Source of the DNA: a virus
Lineage: Duplodnaviria; Caudoviricetes
DNA: 64,000 nt
Virus record (IMG/VR): IMGVR_UViG_645058824_000001
Coordinates: 18,138 to 82,137 of that record
Strand: one strand, 5' to 3'
Shown here piece after piece: positions 1 through 9,064 of this stretch (position 1 is the first letter of the stretch; the number at the start of each line of letters is the position of its first letter). Below the pieces are notes generated by a model. It was not told where the DNA came from and ran no database searches. It worked only from the letters and a program-made list of their open reading frames with translations. Position numbers and translations under genes: made by a program.

Positions 1-1197
1 CGCCCCCGCCATCTGCAGCGCCTTCTGTGCCCCCTGAGAGGCCGCCTGCCCGCCCTGCAGTGTCGCGTTCGTCGCCGCATCCTGCGCCGCCTTCTGCGCC
101 TGCAAGACTTTCCCGATCTGCATAAACGCAGGCGCGGCGACCGCGGCGATCCCGCCGATGCCCACGGCCGCAGCCGTCGCCGCCGCCGCGATCGCACCCA
201 AACCAGCAGCCGCCACCGGCAGCACCGGCAGCAACGCCGGCCCGAGCGCGATCGCCGACGTGATCAGCAGCTGCATGCCGGACACGCGGACGTTGAGGTT
301 CGCCGTCCGCCCATCCAGCCCGCTCACCATCGCCTGCACCGCGGCCAGTTGTGCCGCCGCCGCGCCGGTGTCCACACGGACTGCGATGTCCGCGTCCGAG
401 GCAGACAGCACCTGAAGGCGCGCCTGGATCGCTTCAATGCGGGCCGTCGCGGTCGCGGCGTCCATGTCGACGCCGATCCGCACATCCCGCAGAGCCGTCA
501 GCTGCGCCCGCAGCCGGGCAATCTCCACCTCGGCCGCAGACGAGTCCGCGGTCAGGTTGATGTTCGGGAGGCTCGCCTCCGCGGCCTGTACTTGGGCGCG
601 TAGCCGCTGCCCGAAGGTTCCGTCAGTCTCCACCCGGATGCGGGCAGGGTCGCGGCTGATGTCGTCGATCTGCTGCTGCAGCAGCTGAAGCTGTGCGATC
701 GCTGCCGCAGTGTCGGCGCGGACGGCCACGTTGGGGTGGGCGGCGCCGATCCGACGCAACCGCTCCTCGATATCCGCGGCCTGGGCGCGGGCGGTGGCCG
801 CGTCAATGTCGATTCCGACGGTCTTCCCGGCCAGGGATTCCAGGCGGGCCCGCAGCCGGGCCAGATCGGCGTCGACGCCCGTGTCACTGAGACGAACGTC
901 CAGCTTGGGCATCGACCGGAACGCGGCCTCCAGGCGGGCGCGCAGCGACCTGGCGAACGCACCGCCAGCCTGCTCCCCGCCCCGAGTCGCGGCAGGGCGG
1001 GCCGCACGAGCTCCGTCCTGGATGCCGTCCCGCACCGCGGGGGTGATGTTCGCGACGATCCGCTGGCCGATGATCCGGCCGACCTCGTCACCGATCGTCG
1101 ACGCAGGCGGCACCAGCGCAGCCCGAAGCTGCGACTGGATACCGCGTGCGTTCGGGACGACATCAACCTCGACGGAGCCAACGGAGATAGCAGGCAC
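1..1197 (-). CDS. Tape measure protein, N-terminal part (runs off the window edge)
   Basis: Not in the ORF track. GTG at 1197 after GAGGAGG; frame open to base 1; reads MPAISVGSVEVDVVPNARGIQSQLRAAL..., Ala-rich and helical; follows the tail chaperones. Confidence 0.9.
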   Translation of the reverse strand, partial: MPAISVGSVEVDVVPNARGIQSQLRAALVPPASTIGDEVGRIIGQRIVANITPAVRDGIQDGARAARPAATRGGEQAGGAFARSLRARLEAAFRSMPKLDVRLSDTGVDADLARLRARLESLAGKTVGIDIDAATARAQAADIEERLRRIGAAHPNVAVRADTAAAIAQLQLLQQQIDDISRDPARIRVETDGTFGQRLRAQVQAAEASLPNINLTADSSAAEVEIARLRAQLTALRDVRIGVDMDAATATARIEAIQARLQVLSASDADIAVRVDTGAAAAQLAAVQAMVSGLDGRTANLNVRVSGMQLLITSAIALGPALLPVLPVAAAGLGAIAAAATAAAVGIGGIAAVAAPAFMQIGKVLQAQKAAQDAATNATLQGGQAASQGAQKALQMAGA

Positions 1198-1218
1198 TGA
1201 GAGCCTCCTCCCAGCGCC

Positions 1219-1674
1219 CTATGCGGCGCCCCCTTGCAGCAGCTCAAACAGCCGGTTTGCGGACTTGTCGGTGAGCTGCGCCCTCGTCTTCTTCGGGCCC
1301 GCACCGGGCCGGCGCATCGGCTCCGGCGGATCCGGCCGCTGCGACTTCTTCTCGGTGTTGACGCAGATCAGCACCCACTCCAGGCGGCGCACCGCGTCGT
1401 ACAGGGCGGCGGTGAGCTGCTCCTGCTGCGACCAACGGCCCTTCTCCGGCTCACCCTTGTCCGCCTGCTCCGCAAGCTGGAGCGGGGTGAGCTCGTTCCG
1501 GAGGGCGGTCATCGTGTGCGACTCGGGCGGCAGATGCTCGATGATCACGCGCAGCCACCGCCACGACCGGCGCCCCGACAGCACATCAGCGATGTCGTAG
1601 TGCCGGTCGATCAGGTCCGCCTCTAGCGCCTCCGGGTGCTTCCGCCAGAGCGCGATCGTGCCCTGGACTTTCCC
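1219..1674 (-). CDS. Tail assembly chaperone, -1 frameshifted extension (gpGT-like)
   Basis: Frame ...GKVQGTIALWRKHPEALEADL...LFELLQGGAA is entered at the slippery site and lies between the chaperone and tape measure genes. Confidence 0.8.
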   Translation of the reverse strand, partial: GKVQGTIALWRKHPEALEADLIDRHYDIADVLSGRRSWRWLRVIIEHLPPESHTMTALRNELTPLQLAEQADKGEPEKGRWSQQEQLTAALYDAVRRLEWVLICVNTEKKSQRPDPPEPMRRPGAGPKKTRAQLTDKSANRLFELLQGGAA

Positions 1675-2054
1675 AGCGGCTCCCCCGACCGGTCGCCAGC
1701 CTCCGCGACGAACGCCTCGAACTCCGCGTTCGTCGGATCGACCTCGACGAAAAAGTCGTAGTCCTCCGGGTGCAGCACCTTCTCGGCGAAGGCGTACAGC
1801 TGCCCGTTGGCCAGGAGGCTCTGCCACGAGATGCGCCACATCGACGGCGGGAGAACCTGCACCTCTTCGCCGCACAGCGTGGCGGTGACGTAGCCCTCGG
1901 CCTCGATCTCCTGCGCCTCAGCGGCGGACACTTCGGTGTCCTCGGTCTCCGGCTCGACGTCCGGCTCCTCGCGGCGCGTGGGCCGGGTCGCGGCGCGCGA
2001 GGCGCTGCGGGGCTTCCTGCTCGTGCTGTTGGTCGTGCTGCGCGTACTGGCCAC
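1623..2054 (-). CDS. Tail assembly chaperone (gpG-like)
   Basis: Follows the major tail gene; ends ...EPLGKS over GGGAAAG. Confidence 0.85.
   Translation of the reverse strand: MASTRSTTNSTSRKPRSASRAATRPTRREEPDVEPETEDTEVSAAEAQEIEAEGYVTATLCGEEVQVLPPSMWRISWQSLLANGQLYAFAEKVLHPEDYDFFVEVDPTNAEFEAFVAEAGDRSGEPLGKSRARSRSGGSTRRR
1668..1674 (-). other. Programmed -1 frameshift heptamer GGGAAAG
   Basis: CTG GGA AAG in frame 0, GGG AAA GTC in the -1 frame; same heptamer as lambda G/GT. Confidence 0.85.
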
Positions 2055-2157
2055 GGCGCGGGCTCCTCACTCTCGTGGCGCGGGCAAAGGTAGAGGTGGA
2101 CGGGCCGGGCCCGCGCCAACGGTGACACCAGTGGTGTCGACGGCCCGTCCACCCGTC

Positions 2158-2745
2158 TCAGGACCCCGTGTAGTCCGAGGTCTCCGGCACCCGGTCGAAG
2201 TGGTACACGGTGTTGCCCGCCTCGTCGGGGTACGCGGTGATCGTCCACTCGTAGGCGATCGCTTCGTCCTGCTTGTTGGTCACGTCACTGCGCTCGGTGA
2301 TCTCGCCCTGCGGGACGTAGAAGCCCCGCTGGAAGTTGTCGCCGTCCAGGACGACGAACCACCAAGCGCGACGGTCCGGGGCCGGGGACGCGGTCTCCGC
2401 GTAGGTCGTCAGACCGGCGGTCGGCTGCAGGTCCGCGACGTCCAGCCGGTACTGCAGCGACTGCACCGTGGTACGGGCCGTCTCCCACGCCGTCAGCGAG
2501 AACGTCCGCAGCGACGACGTGATCGTGGTGCGGATCGGCGCCGTGAACCCCCACGGGGTGAAGCTCTCGGAGTCTTCGTCGAAGCCCTGGACCAGGCCGT
2601 CGTCGCTGATCGCACCGAGCGGCGCCCACGGGGCCAGCGGCTGGATCTCCGGGTCCCCCGGCGAAGTCGTGCCCAGCGGAGCGACCCACGCCCCGCCGTT
2701 CGCTCCGATGCCCAGCAAGTCCGCTGCGCGGGTGATCTGAACCAT
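2158..2745 (-). CDS. Major tail (tube) protein
   Basis: LGAISDDGLVQGFDEDSESFTPWG...LQYR, typical of actinophage tail tube proteins; position; GGAG before the ATG at 2745. Confidence 0.85.
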   Translation of the reverse strand: MVQITRAADLLGIGANGGAWVAPLGTTSPGDPEIQPLAPWAPLGAISDDGLVQGFDEDSESFTPWGFTAPIRTTITSSLRTFSLTAWETARTTVQSLQYRLDVADLQPTAGLTTYAETASPAPDRRAWWFVVLDGDNFQRGFYVPQGEITERSDVTNKQDEAIAYEWTITAYPDEAGNTVYHFDRVPETSDYTGS

Positions 2746-2820
2746 GATGTCTCCAGACATGCGTGAAGCCCGCGCACGGGCGGGAACTGATGGGGCACGG
2801 CGCGGGCCCAAAACCGGTCG

Positions 2821-3201
2821 TCAGGAGACCGGGTGGAAATAGATCTCGTAGGTAGCGCCCATACGGCGCAGGGAGGGATTCTCGTAAGGCCGCCAGGCGG
2901 GCGCCGAGATCGTCGCCACCCGACCGAAGACGGCCTTAGCGGTCTGGACACCGCGCAGGCGCTCGACCAATTCGTGACGTGTCCGACGAGCCAGCAGCGA
3001 AGCGCCGGCCCGGTCTGCGGCATAGCTGTCGACTGTGACGAGGGCGCGGTCCAGGCGGATGCCGTCGTCCTCGCCGCCGATCCGCTGCACTTGGTTGACC
3101 GGCAGCACCTCAAGCAACTTGGCTGGCAGGTCGGTGACGTGCCGCACGTTGAGGGCCGCGTTGAGGCGTGCGATCAGCTCGACCTCGATGTCCGGCCACA
3201 T
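2821..3201 (-). CDS. Tail terminator / completion protein
   Basis: MWPDIEVELIA...QVQRIGG...VDSYA; just upstream of the major tail gene. Confidence 0.75.
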   Translation of the reverse strand: MWPDIEVELIARLNAALNVRHVTDLPAKLLEVLPVNQVQRIGGEDDGIRLDRALVTVDSYAADRAGASLLARRTRHELVERLRGVQTAKAVFGRVATISAPAWRPYENPSLRRMGATYEIYFHPVS

Positions 3202-3527
3202 CAGTTCGACCCACCCGTCTGTGCCGCCCGCAGCAGGACATGGTGGGCGGGGACGCGTTCGGTTCCGTACTCCACCCAGCGGGCGTAGTAGGCGGTGTTG
3301 CGGACGTAGGCCACGGCACGATCCCGGCGACGGCCGCCACGGGCAGTGCTGTCCGTCTCCCAGCTCGCCTTGTAGTGGCCCGGGTCAGGGCTGTTCTCGT
3401 CGACGGGTGACGTTGCTTGGGCGATCGTCTTGATGCGTTCGGCCCGGCGCAGCATCTCCGCCTGCATGCCCGGCATCCGCAGCATCTGCCCGATGCCCTT
3501 CCGCTTCACCCTGAATCTGGCAGCCAT
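3201..3527 (-). CDS. HK97 gp10-like neck/tail protein
   Basis: SPVD...GHYKASW...NTAYYARWVEYGT motif. Confidence 0.8.
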   Translation of the reverse strand: MAARFRVKRKGIGQMLRMPGMQAEMLRRAERIKTIAQATSPVDENSPDPGHYKASWETDSTARGGRRRDRAVAYVRNTAYYARWVEYGTERVPAHHVLLRAAQTGGSN

Positions 3528-3539
3528 GACTCCTGCCTC

Positions 3540-3890
3540 CTATCCAGTGACGAGCTCGAGAGCGGCAACGACAGGACCGGCCGAGCCAGTGAACGGGGAC
3601 CGGAACGAGCCCGGCAGCCCCTCGACCTCGTACAGCTCCCCACCTACGCGGACCCGGTCGGTTGCCCGGATGTCGGTGCCGTAGGGGGCGTACAGGATGA
3701 GGCCTGTGATGACGGTGTCGCGTGCATCGGTGAGCTCGGTGGATGCCCCTGCGCCTCCCCGGGGGGCGATGGCGCAGCCGGGCACCGGGATCTCGACGGG
3801 AGGACCCGGTTTGTCGTTGCCGTACTCGTCCTGTGTCGACGGGCCGGGACGGACGATGGTGACGGCGTCACCGTGCGGCAGCTCGCGCAC
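3540..3890 (-). CDS. Head-to-tail stopper
   Basis: GTG after GGAGGAGG; VTIVRPG...DEYGN...DIRATDRVRVGGELYEVEG. Confidence 0.8.
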   Translation of the reverse strand: MRELPHGDAVTIVRPGPSTQDEYGNDKPGPPVEIPVPGCAIAPRGGAGASTELTDARDTVITGLILYAPYGTDIRATDRVRVGGELYEVEGLPGSFRSPFTGSAGPVVAALELVTG

Positions 3891-4887
3891 CGGCCACCTC
3901 CTCCACCGCGGTGCACCACGCGTCCAGATCCTGAGCGGGATCGAGTTCGGCGCTGCGAGCCCGTGCACGCTTGGAGGCGAGCCGGTACTCGGCCGCGTCC
4001 GTCAGGAGCCGTTGCAGAGCCGTCACCCAGGCCTCGGTGTCGTTGCGGTCGACGAAGATGCCGGCCTCACCGAGGGATTCGCACAGGCCGCGGGTTGGGT
4101 GAGCCAGCACCGGAATGCCGGACGCCATGGCCTCCACGCCGGTGCGACCCCACGATTCGTACCGTGACGGCATGAGCAGCACGCGGGTTCGGCGGTAGAC
4201 CTTGGCGGCCATCTCGTCACCGGGCACATGGCCGACGATCTCCACGTTCGGCAGGTCCGGCAGGAGCTGCTCTCCGTAGGCGCCTTCCACCGCGAGGAAC
4301 TGCTGATCGGGCATCCGCTGCGCCAGTTCGGCGAGTAGCCGACCGCCCTTGTCCTCGTTGCAGTTGATGAGCGTCACGGCCTGGCCCGGTTTCGTCGCGT
4401 ACCGCTTCGCGTGCACCGGCGGGCGCACGACCAGGGTTCGTTGCGGCTTGACGCCAGCCGGGAACTCGGCGAAGAACAGGTCTGCTTCGCTGCTCATCCA
4501 CTGCGAGTTGTAGACGGCCAGAGCGGTCGCCCCGGACGCCACGTCCCGCAGGGTCGGACGGTGGTCGTTGTGGCAGACCACCACCATCGGCTTCCCGAAC
4601 CCGCGGGCGAGCGCCGCCGTAGTGGGCACGCACTCCAGGTGAGAAACGAGGACGTCCGCCCGGCGAGCCTGGGACGGGAAGTCCAGGCGAGCCGTCGACG
4701 GCACCACCCGGATGCCGTCGTACTCGTAGACGTCGACCGCCCTGGCCCGCCGCGACAGCCACACCTCCACGTCGTGCCCCCGCGCTGCCAGGGCCTGGAG
4801 CATGCAGGCGAGCATGTGCTCGGCACCGGCGTTGTGTTCGGGAGGCATCGCGTGGACGCGGGCCACGATCCGCAGGGGCTTGCTCAT
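3868..4887 (-). CDS. GT-B (GT4-like) glycosyltransferase 2
   Basis: HAMPPEHNAGAEHML...VLLMPSRYESWGRTGVEAMASGIPVLAH (E-x7-E motif); ATGA overlap with the adaptor stop. Confidence 0.9.
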   Translation of the reverse strand: MSKPLRIVARVHAMPPEHNAGAEHMLACMLQALAARGHDVEVWLSRRARAVDVYEYDGIRVVPSTARLDFPSQARRADVLVSHLECVPTTAALARGFGKPMVVVCHNDHRPTLRDVASGATALAVYNSQWMSSEADLFFAEFPAGVKPQRTLVVRPPVHAKRYATKPGQAVTLINCNEDKGGRLLAELAQRMPDQQFLAVEGAYGEQLLPDLPNVEIVGHVPGDEMAAKVYRRTRVLLMPSRYESWGRTGVEAMASGIPVLAHPTRGLCESLGEAGIFVDRNDTEAWVTALQRLLTDAAEYRLASKRARARSAELDPAQDLDAWCTAVEEVAGARAAAR

Positions 4888-5516
4888 CGCCACCTCGCCA
4901 TCGTCATCCCGGCCTTGCGCCGGTAGCCGGCGAGTTCGAGCATGCGCCGGTCGTCGTCGGTCATCGTGACCGCGGTCCCGACCCCTGACCCGTCTGTGCG
5001 GTAGCTGTAGGGGCCGATCGTCTCTCCGGTGACGCCTCCTGCCATGGTGGGCGAGGTCAGGGTGCGCAGTGCCATGCGGGCCACCACGGCGACGACGTCA
5101 GCGGGTACCTCGGCTGCGCCGTGGCTGTAGGTCACCCGGTAGGTGCCGGGGTAGGACTCGTATTCCTCGTCGGCCCAGAGTTCCGGCAGGTTGATGGCGG
5201 GGCTCTCCGGCGCCGTGCGAATGGTGTCGATGCCGTCCCAACGCCAGCCGACCACGGGCAGGTCGGGAGCGCCGCCCGCGCCCACGGCCACAACAGCGGT
5301 GACACCCAGGACGGGCGTCTGAGGGAGACGGATCTCTCCTTGCTGGGCGCGCACGACGACGGTGTCGTCGTCGGTGCGGCTGAAGGTTCGGCCCGTGTAG
5401 GACCGGACGAGCGCCGAGGCGTCCGCGAGTAGCGCTTGGGCTCTGGTTTCTTCCTGCGCCGTCAGGGGGCGTCCGAGCCGGTCTTGGAGATCGGTGACGC
5501 TAGCGAGGGGTTCCAC
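4884..5516 (-). CDS. Head-to-tail adaptor
   Basis: LASVTDLQDRLGRPLT...RAQALLADASALVRSY...ETIGPYSY. Confidence 0.85.
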   Translation of the reverse strand: MEPLASVTDLQDRLGRPLTAQEETRAQALLADASALVRSYTGRTFSRTDDDTVVVRAQQGEIRLPQTPVLGVTAVVAVGAGGAPDLPVVGWRWDGIDTIRTAPESPAINLPELWADEEYESYPGTYRVTYSHGAAEVPADVVAVVARMALRTLTSPTMAGGVTGETIGPYSYRTDGSGVGTAVTMTDDDRRMLELAGYRRKAGMTMARWR

Positions 5517-6513
5517 GCTTGACCACTCCCTCCATGGCCGTGCACCAGGCGTCGAGCTCGGTTGCTGGATCGAGCGCTGTGGCGCGGCCCGTCGATGCCT
5601 TCGATGCCTGCTTGTAGACGGAAGGTGCGGACAGCCGTCGGATGGCGTCCTCCCACGCGTCCAGGTCGTCGCGGTCGCAGAAGGTTCCCGCCTCGGCGAG
5701 TGCCTCCGTGAGGCCGGGCGTCGGATGCGCGATCACGGGGATCCCAGAGCACATGGCCTCTGCCGCGACACGGCCATAGGACTCGTACACCGACGGCACG
5801 AGAAGGAGCTTGGTGCGGGCGTACACGTCTTTCGCCATGCGGTTGCCGGGCGTGTGCGGCATGATCTCCACGTTCGGCAGGTCATCGCGGATGATCTGCT
5901 GCCCGTAGCCGCCGACCACGCCCAGGAACTTGCGGCGCGGCATCCGCTCCGCCAGAGCGTAGAAGACCTCCGCGCCCTTCTCCGCTGTGAGGTTGATCAG
6001 TGTGATCCGGTCCCCGGGAGTCGCCCGGTAGTCGTCCACGGCCACCGGAGGGTGCACCGTGATACCCCACGGCATCGGACGATCTCCCCGGTGAACCCGC
6101 CACCAGGCTTCCGCGTCCGCCCTCATCCACGCCGTGTTGTACACCACCAGCGTGGGTGAGCCCTTCACCAGCCACGCCTTCGACTTCTCGAAGGTGTTGT
6201 GCAGCAGGTGCACGACCGGGATGCGGTGCAGCTCTCCCAGCACGGACGCCCGGGGTGTGTTCTCCAGATGGGTCACGATCGCCTGCGCGCGGCTGGCGCC
6301 CCGCAGCCACGGCCCGGGGTCGCTCTTGCCGCGGTACGGGTGCACGCGAACACCGTCGATCTCGTAGGCGTTCTCCGCCGCCGCAGGCTGCGACAGCAGG
6401 ACATCCACGTCGTGGCCGCGCGCAGCGAGTTCCCGCAGCAGGCTGTGAGCCGCCCACTCAGCTCCAGCGTTGTGCGCTGGAGGGTAGGCGTGCAGCATCG
6501 CCAAGACCCGCAC
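5500..6513 (-). CDS. GT-B (GT4-like) glycosyltransferase 1
   Basis: True start is GTG 6513 within the over-called 807-aa ORF; HAYPPAHNAGAEW...LLVPSVYESYGRVAAEAMCSGIPVIAH; clear paralogue of 3868..4887. Confidence 0.9.
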   Translation of the reverse strand: MRVLAMLHAYPPAHNAGAEWAAHSLLRELAARGHDVDVLLSQPAAAENAYEIDGVRVHPYRGKSDPGPWLRGASRAQAIVTHLENTPRASVLGELHRIPVVHLLHNTFEKSKAWLVKGSPTLVVYNTAWMRADAEAWWRVHRGDRPMPWGITVHPPVAVDDYRATPGDRITLINLTAEKGAEVFYALAERMPRRKFLGVVGGYGQQIIRDDLPNVEIMPHTPGNRMAKDVYARTKLLLVPSVYESYGRVAAEAMCSGIPVIAHPTPGLTEALAEAGTFCDRDDLDAWEDAIRRLSAPSVYKQASKASTGRATALDPATELDAWCTAMEGVVKRGTPR

Positions 6514-6569
6514 AAGGACTCCGATCTGCGCCTGGCCGACAGCCGGATGGGCTGCCGGCCAGGCCCGGG

Positions 6570-7517
6570 TCAGGACGCGGCCGTGGTCGTCTGCACCGCG
6601 GCGAACGGGGACCGGGTCGCCGCGGTGGTGTTGAGGCGGGTCGCCGGGTTGGCCGTGGCGAACGCCACCCGCATCACCACGCGCATGGCGACGGAGTCCT
6701 GCTGCATCAGGTTGAGGACGACCTTGCCGTCGTCGTCGGAGATGACGCCCTCGGTGAACAGCTTGAAGCTGATGTCCTGGCGCACGCCGACGATCGCCTT
6801 CGACCAGTCGCCCATCAGCAGCTCGGCCTCGGACATGTCCCAGGCGCCGTTGGTGAGCTCCGACATCGGGTAGCCGTACAGCGTGCCGCCCAGGCCGCCC
6901 TGCAGGTTCGGCTGGTAGATCGGCACACCCTGCTCGGACCGCATGGTGTTGAGCTTCCACGTCAGGCCGGGCCGGCTGATGAACCCGTTGACGGCGAAGC
7001 CGTCCGCGGCGACCTTCCCGGCGGCCTCCGCGACGTCGACGGCGAAGTCGACGCCGGTGCCGGAGATGACGGTGTTGCCCGCCGCGACCGCGGACTGGTA
7101 GACGGCGGCCGGCCACGTGGACGGCTTGTCCAGGCCGAAGAGACCCGCGGCGTCGAGCTTGGCGCCGATGGCCTCCACGAGCCGGGGGCGGACCTCGTTC
7201 CAGATGGGCATCTGGGCGTCGTCGAGGTACGCCTCGGGGATCGGGACGATCGCGGCGATCTCCTCGGCGACGAGGTCGACGTTCTTCCAGTCCTGCGCCG
7301 TCGTCTGCTTCAGGCCGGTGTCGCCGCCCACGAAGTACGCCAGCGGCAGCACGTCGAGGACGGGCTGGCGCTGCGTCTTGGACGACATCGGCACCCGGCG
7401 GGCGCGCTGCAGCAGCGCCGAAGCGCCCGGCAGCTCCTGGATGATCTCCGCGGACACCGGCTCCGGAACGAGCGGGTCGTTGCTGGCGTCCCGGCTGATG
7501 AGCGAGTTGAAAGGCAC
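6570..7517 (-). CDS. Major capsid protein (HK97 fold)
   Basis: LVPEPVSAEIIQEL...LVAEEIAAIVPIPE...NLMQQDSVAMRVVMRVAF; follows the scaffold gene. Confidence 0.92.
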   Translation of the reverse strand: MPFNSLISRDASNDPLVPEPVSAEIIQELPGASALLQRARRVPMSSKTQRQPVLDVLPLAYFVGGDTGLKQTTAQDWKNVDLVAEEIAAIVPIPEAYLDDAQMPIWNEVRPRLVEAIGAKLDAAGLFGLDKPSTWPAAVYQSAVAAGNTVISGTGVDFAVDVAEAAGKVAADGFAVNGFISRPGLTWKLNTMRSEQGVPIYQPNLQGGLGGTLYGYPMSELTNGAWDMSEAELLMGDWSKAIVGVRQDISFKLFTEGVISDDDGKVVLNLMQQDSVAMRVVMRVAFATANPATRLNTTAATRSPFAAVQTTTAAS

Positions 7518-7586
7518 GGGGTCTCCCTTCGAGAATGCAGCGACCCCGGCCCCGTGCGGGTGATTCCGGTGCTGCGGTGAACGTGG

Positions 7587-8174
7587 TTAGCGGCCGGCCA
7601 GGCGCCGGATCCATTCGTCCGGGCTGGCCGTGGCCGACCCGGACGCCGTTGCGGCACCCGGGGTGAGGGCCTCGACGGGCCGCTGCGAGGCGGGAGCGGC
7701 AGCCGGCGCAGATGCCTTGAGTCGCTCGGCGAGCACCTCCGCGCGGGCGTTGATCTCGTCTGCGCTGCCGGAGCCGAGCAGGTCGATCAGGTCCGGCGGG
7801 ATGTTGTGCGTGGCCGCGGCCATCAGGCGGGCGTTCGTGGCCTGCAGGTCGTTGAGCTGGCGCTCCGCCGCTTCCTTGGCGTCGAGGAGCTTCTGCTGCT
7901 CGGTCTTCTGCGACTCCTGCCACTGCTGGTACTCAGTCAGCTGCGGTTCGGCCTCGCGGTACTTCGTGCGCCAGCTCGCCGACTCCCTGCGGAGCTTCTC
8001 GATCTCCTTGCGGGCCGCCTCGGGGTCCGCCCACGGGTCCGCGCCCTGGGACTGCTGGTTTGCCGAGGTGTCCTGCGTTCCACCGCCGGGCTGTACGTCC
8101 GGCTGCTGCGCGATGTCGGTGGTGCTGACGTCAGACTGTCCTGCAGCCTGCGTGGTGTCGGCCGTGTCCTGCAC
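7587..8174 (-). CDS. Capsid scaffolding protein
   Basis: GTG after GAGGAGG; acidic coiled coil (KEIEKLRRESASWRTK); precedes the capsid gene. Confidence 0.85.
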   Translation of the reverse strand: MQDTADTTQAAGQSDVSTTDIAQQPDVQPGGGTQDTSANQQSQGADPWADPEAARKEIEKLRRESASWRTKYREAEPQLTEYQQWQESQKTEQQKLLDAKEAAERQLNDLQATNARLMAAATHNIPPDLIDLLGSGSADEINARAEVLAERLKASAPAAAPASQRPVEALTPGAATASGSATASPDEWIRRLAGR

Positions 8175-8287
8175 GGTCCCTCCTCGTTCTGAGCATGAGA
8201 AAGGGCCGTGTCCAGCACGGCCCCCGGATCCCGCAGAAGCGGGCGATATTCGGTTAGCTGACGCCACCAGGACGCCAGAGCTTGAGA

Positions 8288-9064
8288 TCAGGGGCGGTCG
8301 GGCGCGGTGTAGGCGGCCCTGCCCTCGGACTCCCACCAGCGGCGGAACGCGTTGACGGCGTGCTTGCCGCCGTGGCCTCGCGTGGTCCGCAGCCAGTCGT
8401 CATAAAGCTGTTCGGCGACGCCGATGAACGGCTCGTCGTGCGTGAACGCAGGCCACGCCTGGCACCCGCAGTGATCGTGGTACCGGTTGCCGCCCTGCCG
8501 TGGATCGCCTGCGGTCTTCGCCGACTTGTACACCGGCCCCCGCGAGGCGAGCATCGCGCACCACGCGCACGGGTCCGCGTCCGTGACCCGCGCCCAGCCG
8601 GCCGCCTGCTCGTCAGCCTCGATCGACCGCTGCATGACCTGCCGGCCACCCTCCAGCGCAAGGTACTGGGTGCTGCCGACCATGCGAACAGCGGCAGCAT
8701 CCATGGCCTGCTGAGGCGTCTTACCCGCGGCAATGGCCTTCTTGAACTCGACCGGCCCCGTCACATCGAGGGCACGTTCCAGACGGTGGACGAACAGCGG
8801 CAACGGATCCTCTGGAGTGAAGTCGCCGTCATCGATACCCGCGTCGCGGCGGGCATCCATGTACGCGGAGCGGGCCAGGACAGCCGACTGCTCCCGAGCC
8901 TCCTGCACCACGGGCTTGAGAGCCGCCTGCACAGCCGGCCACGACGCGTCAACCTTCGCCGGGTTCATCAACTCCCGCCAGATCTGCAGCACCTGCCGGG
9001 CCAGGCGCGCAGCAGCGAGAGCCTGCACACGCCGGTATCGCTGCGGCGCCTCCGGGCCCGCCAT
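8288..9064 (-). CDS. MuF-like minor capsid / head morphogenesis protein
   Basis: WARVTDADPCAWCAMLASRG...YHDHCGC; between portal and scaffold. Confidence 0.75.
   Translation of the reverse strand: MAGPEAPQRYRRVQALAAARLARQVLQIWRELMNPAKVDASWPAVQAALKPVVQEAREQSAVLARSAYMDARRDAGIDDGDFTPEDPLPLFVHRLERALDVTGPVEFKKAIAAGKTPQQAMDAAAVRMVGSTQYLALEGGRQVMQRSIEADEQAAGWARVTDADPCAWCAMLASRGPVYKSAKTAGDPRQGGNRYHDHCGCQAWPAFTHDEPFIGVAEQLYDDWLRTTRGHGGKHAVNAFRRWWESEGRAAYTAPDRP

Noticed and set aside
6514-7923. 807-aa ORF as one protein
   Set aside because: The upstream part is an off-frame shadow of the capsid and scaffold genes; only 5500..6513 is real.
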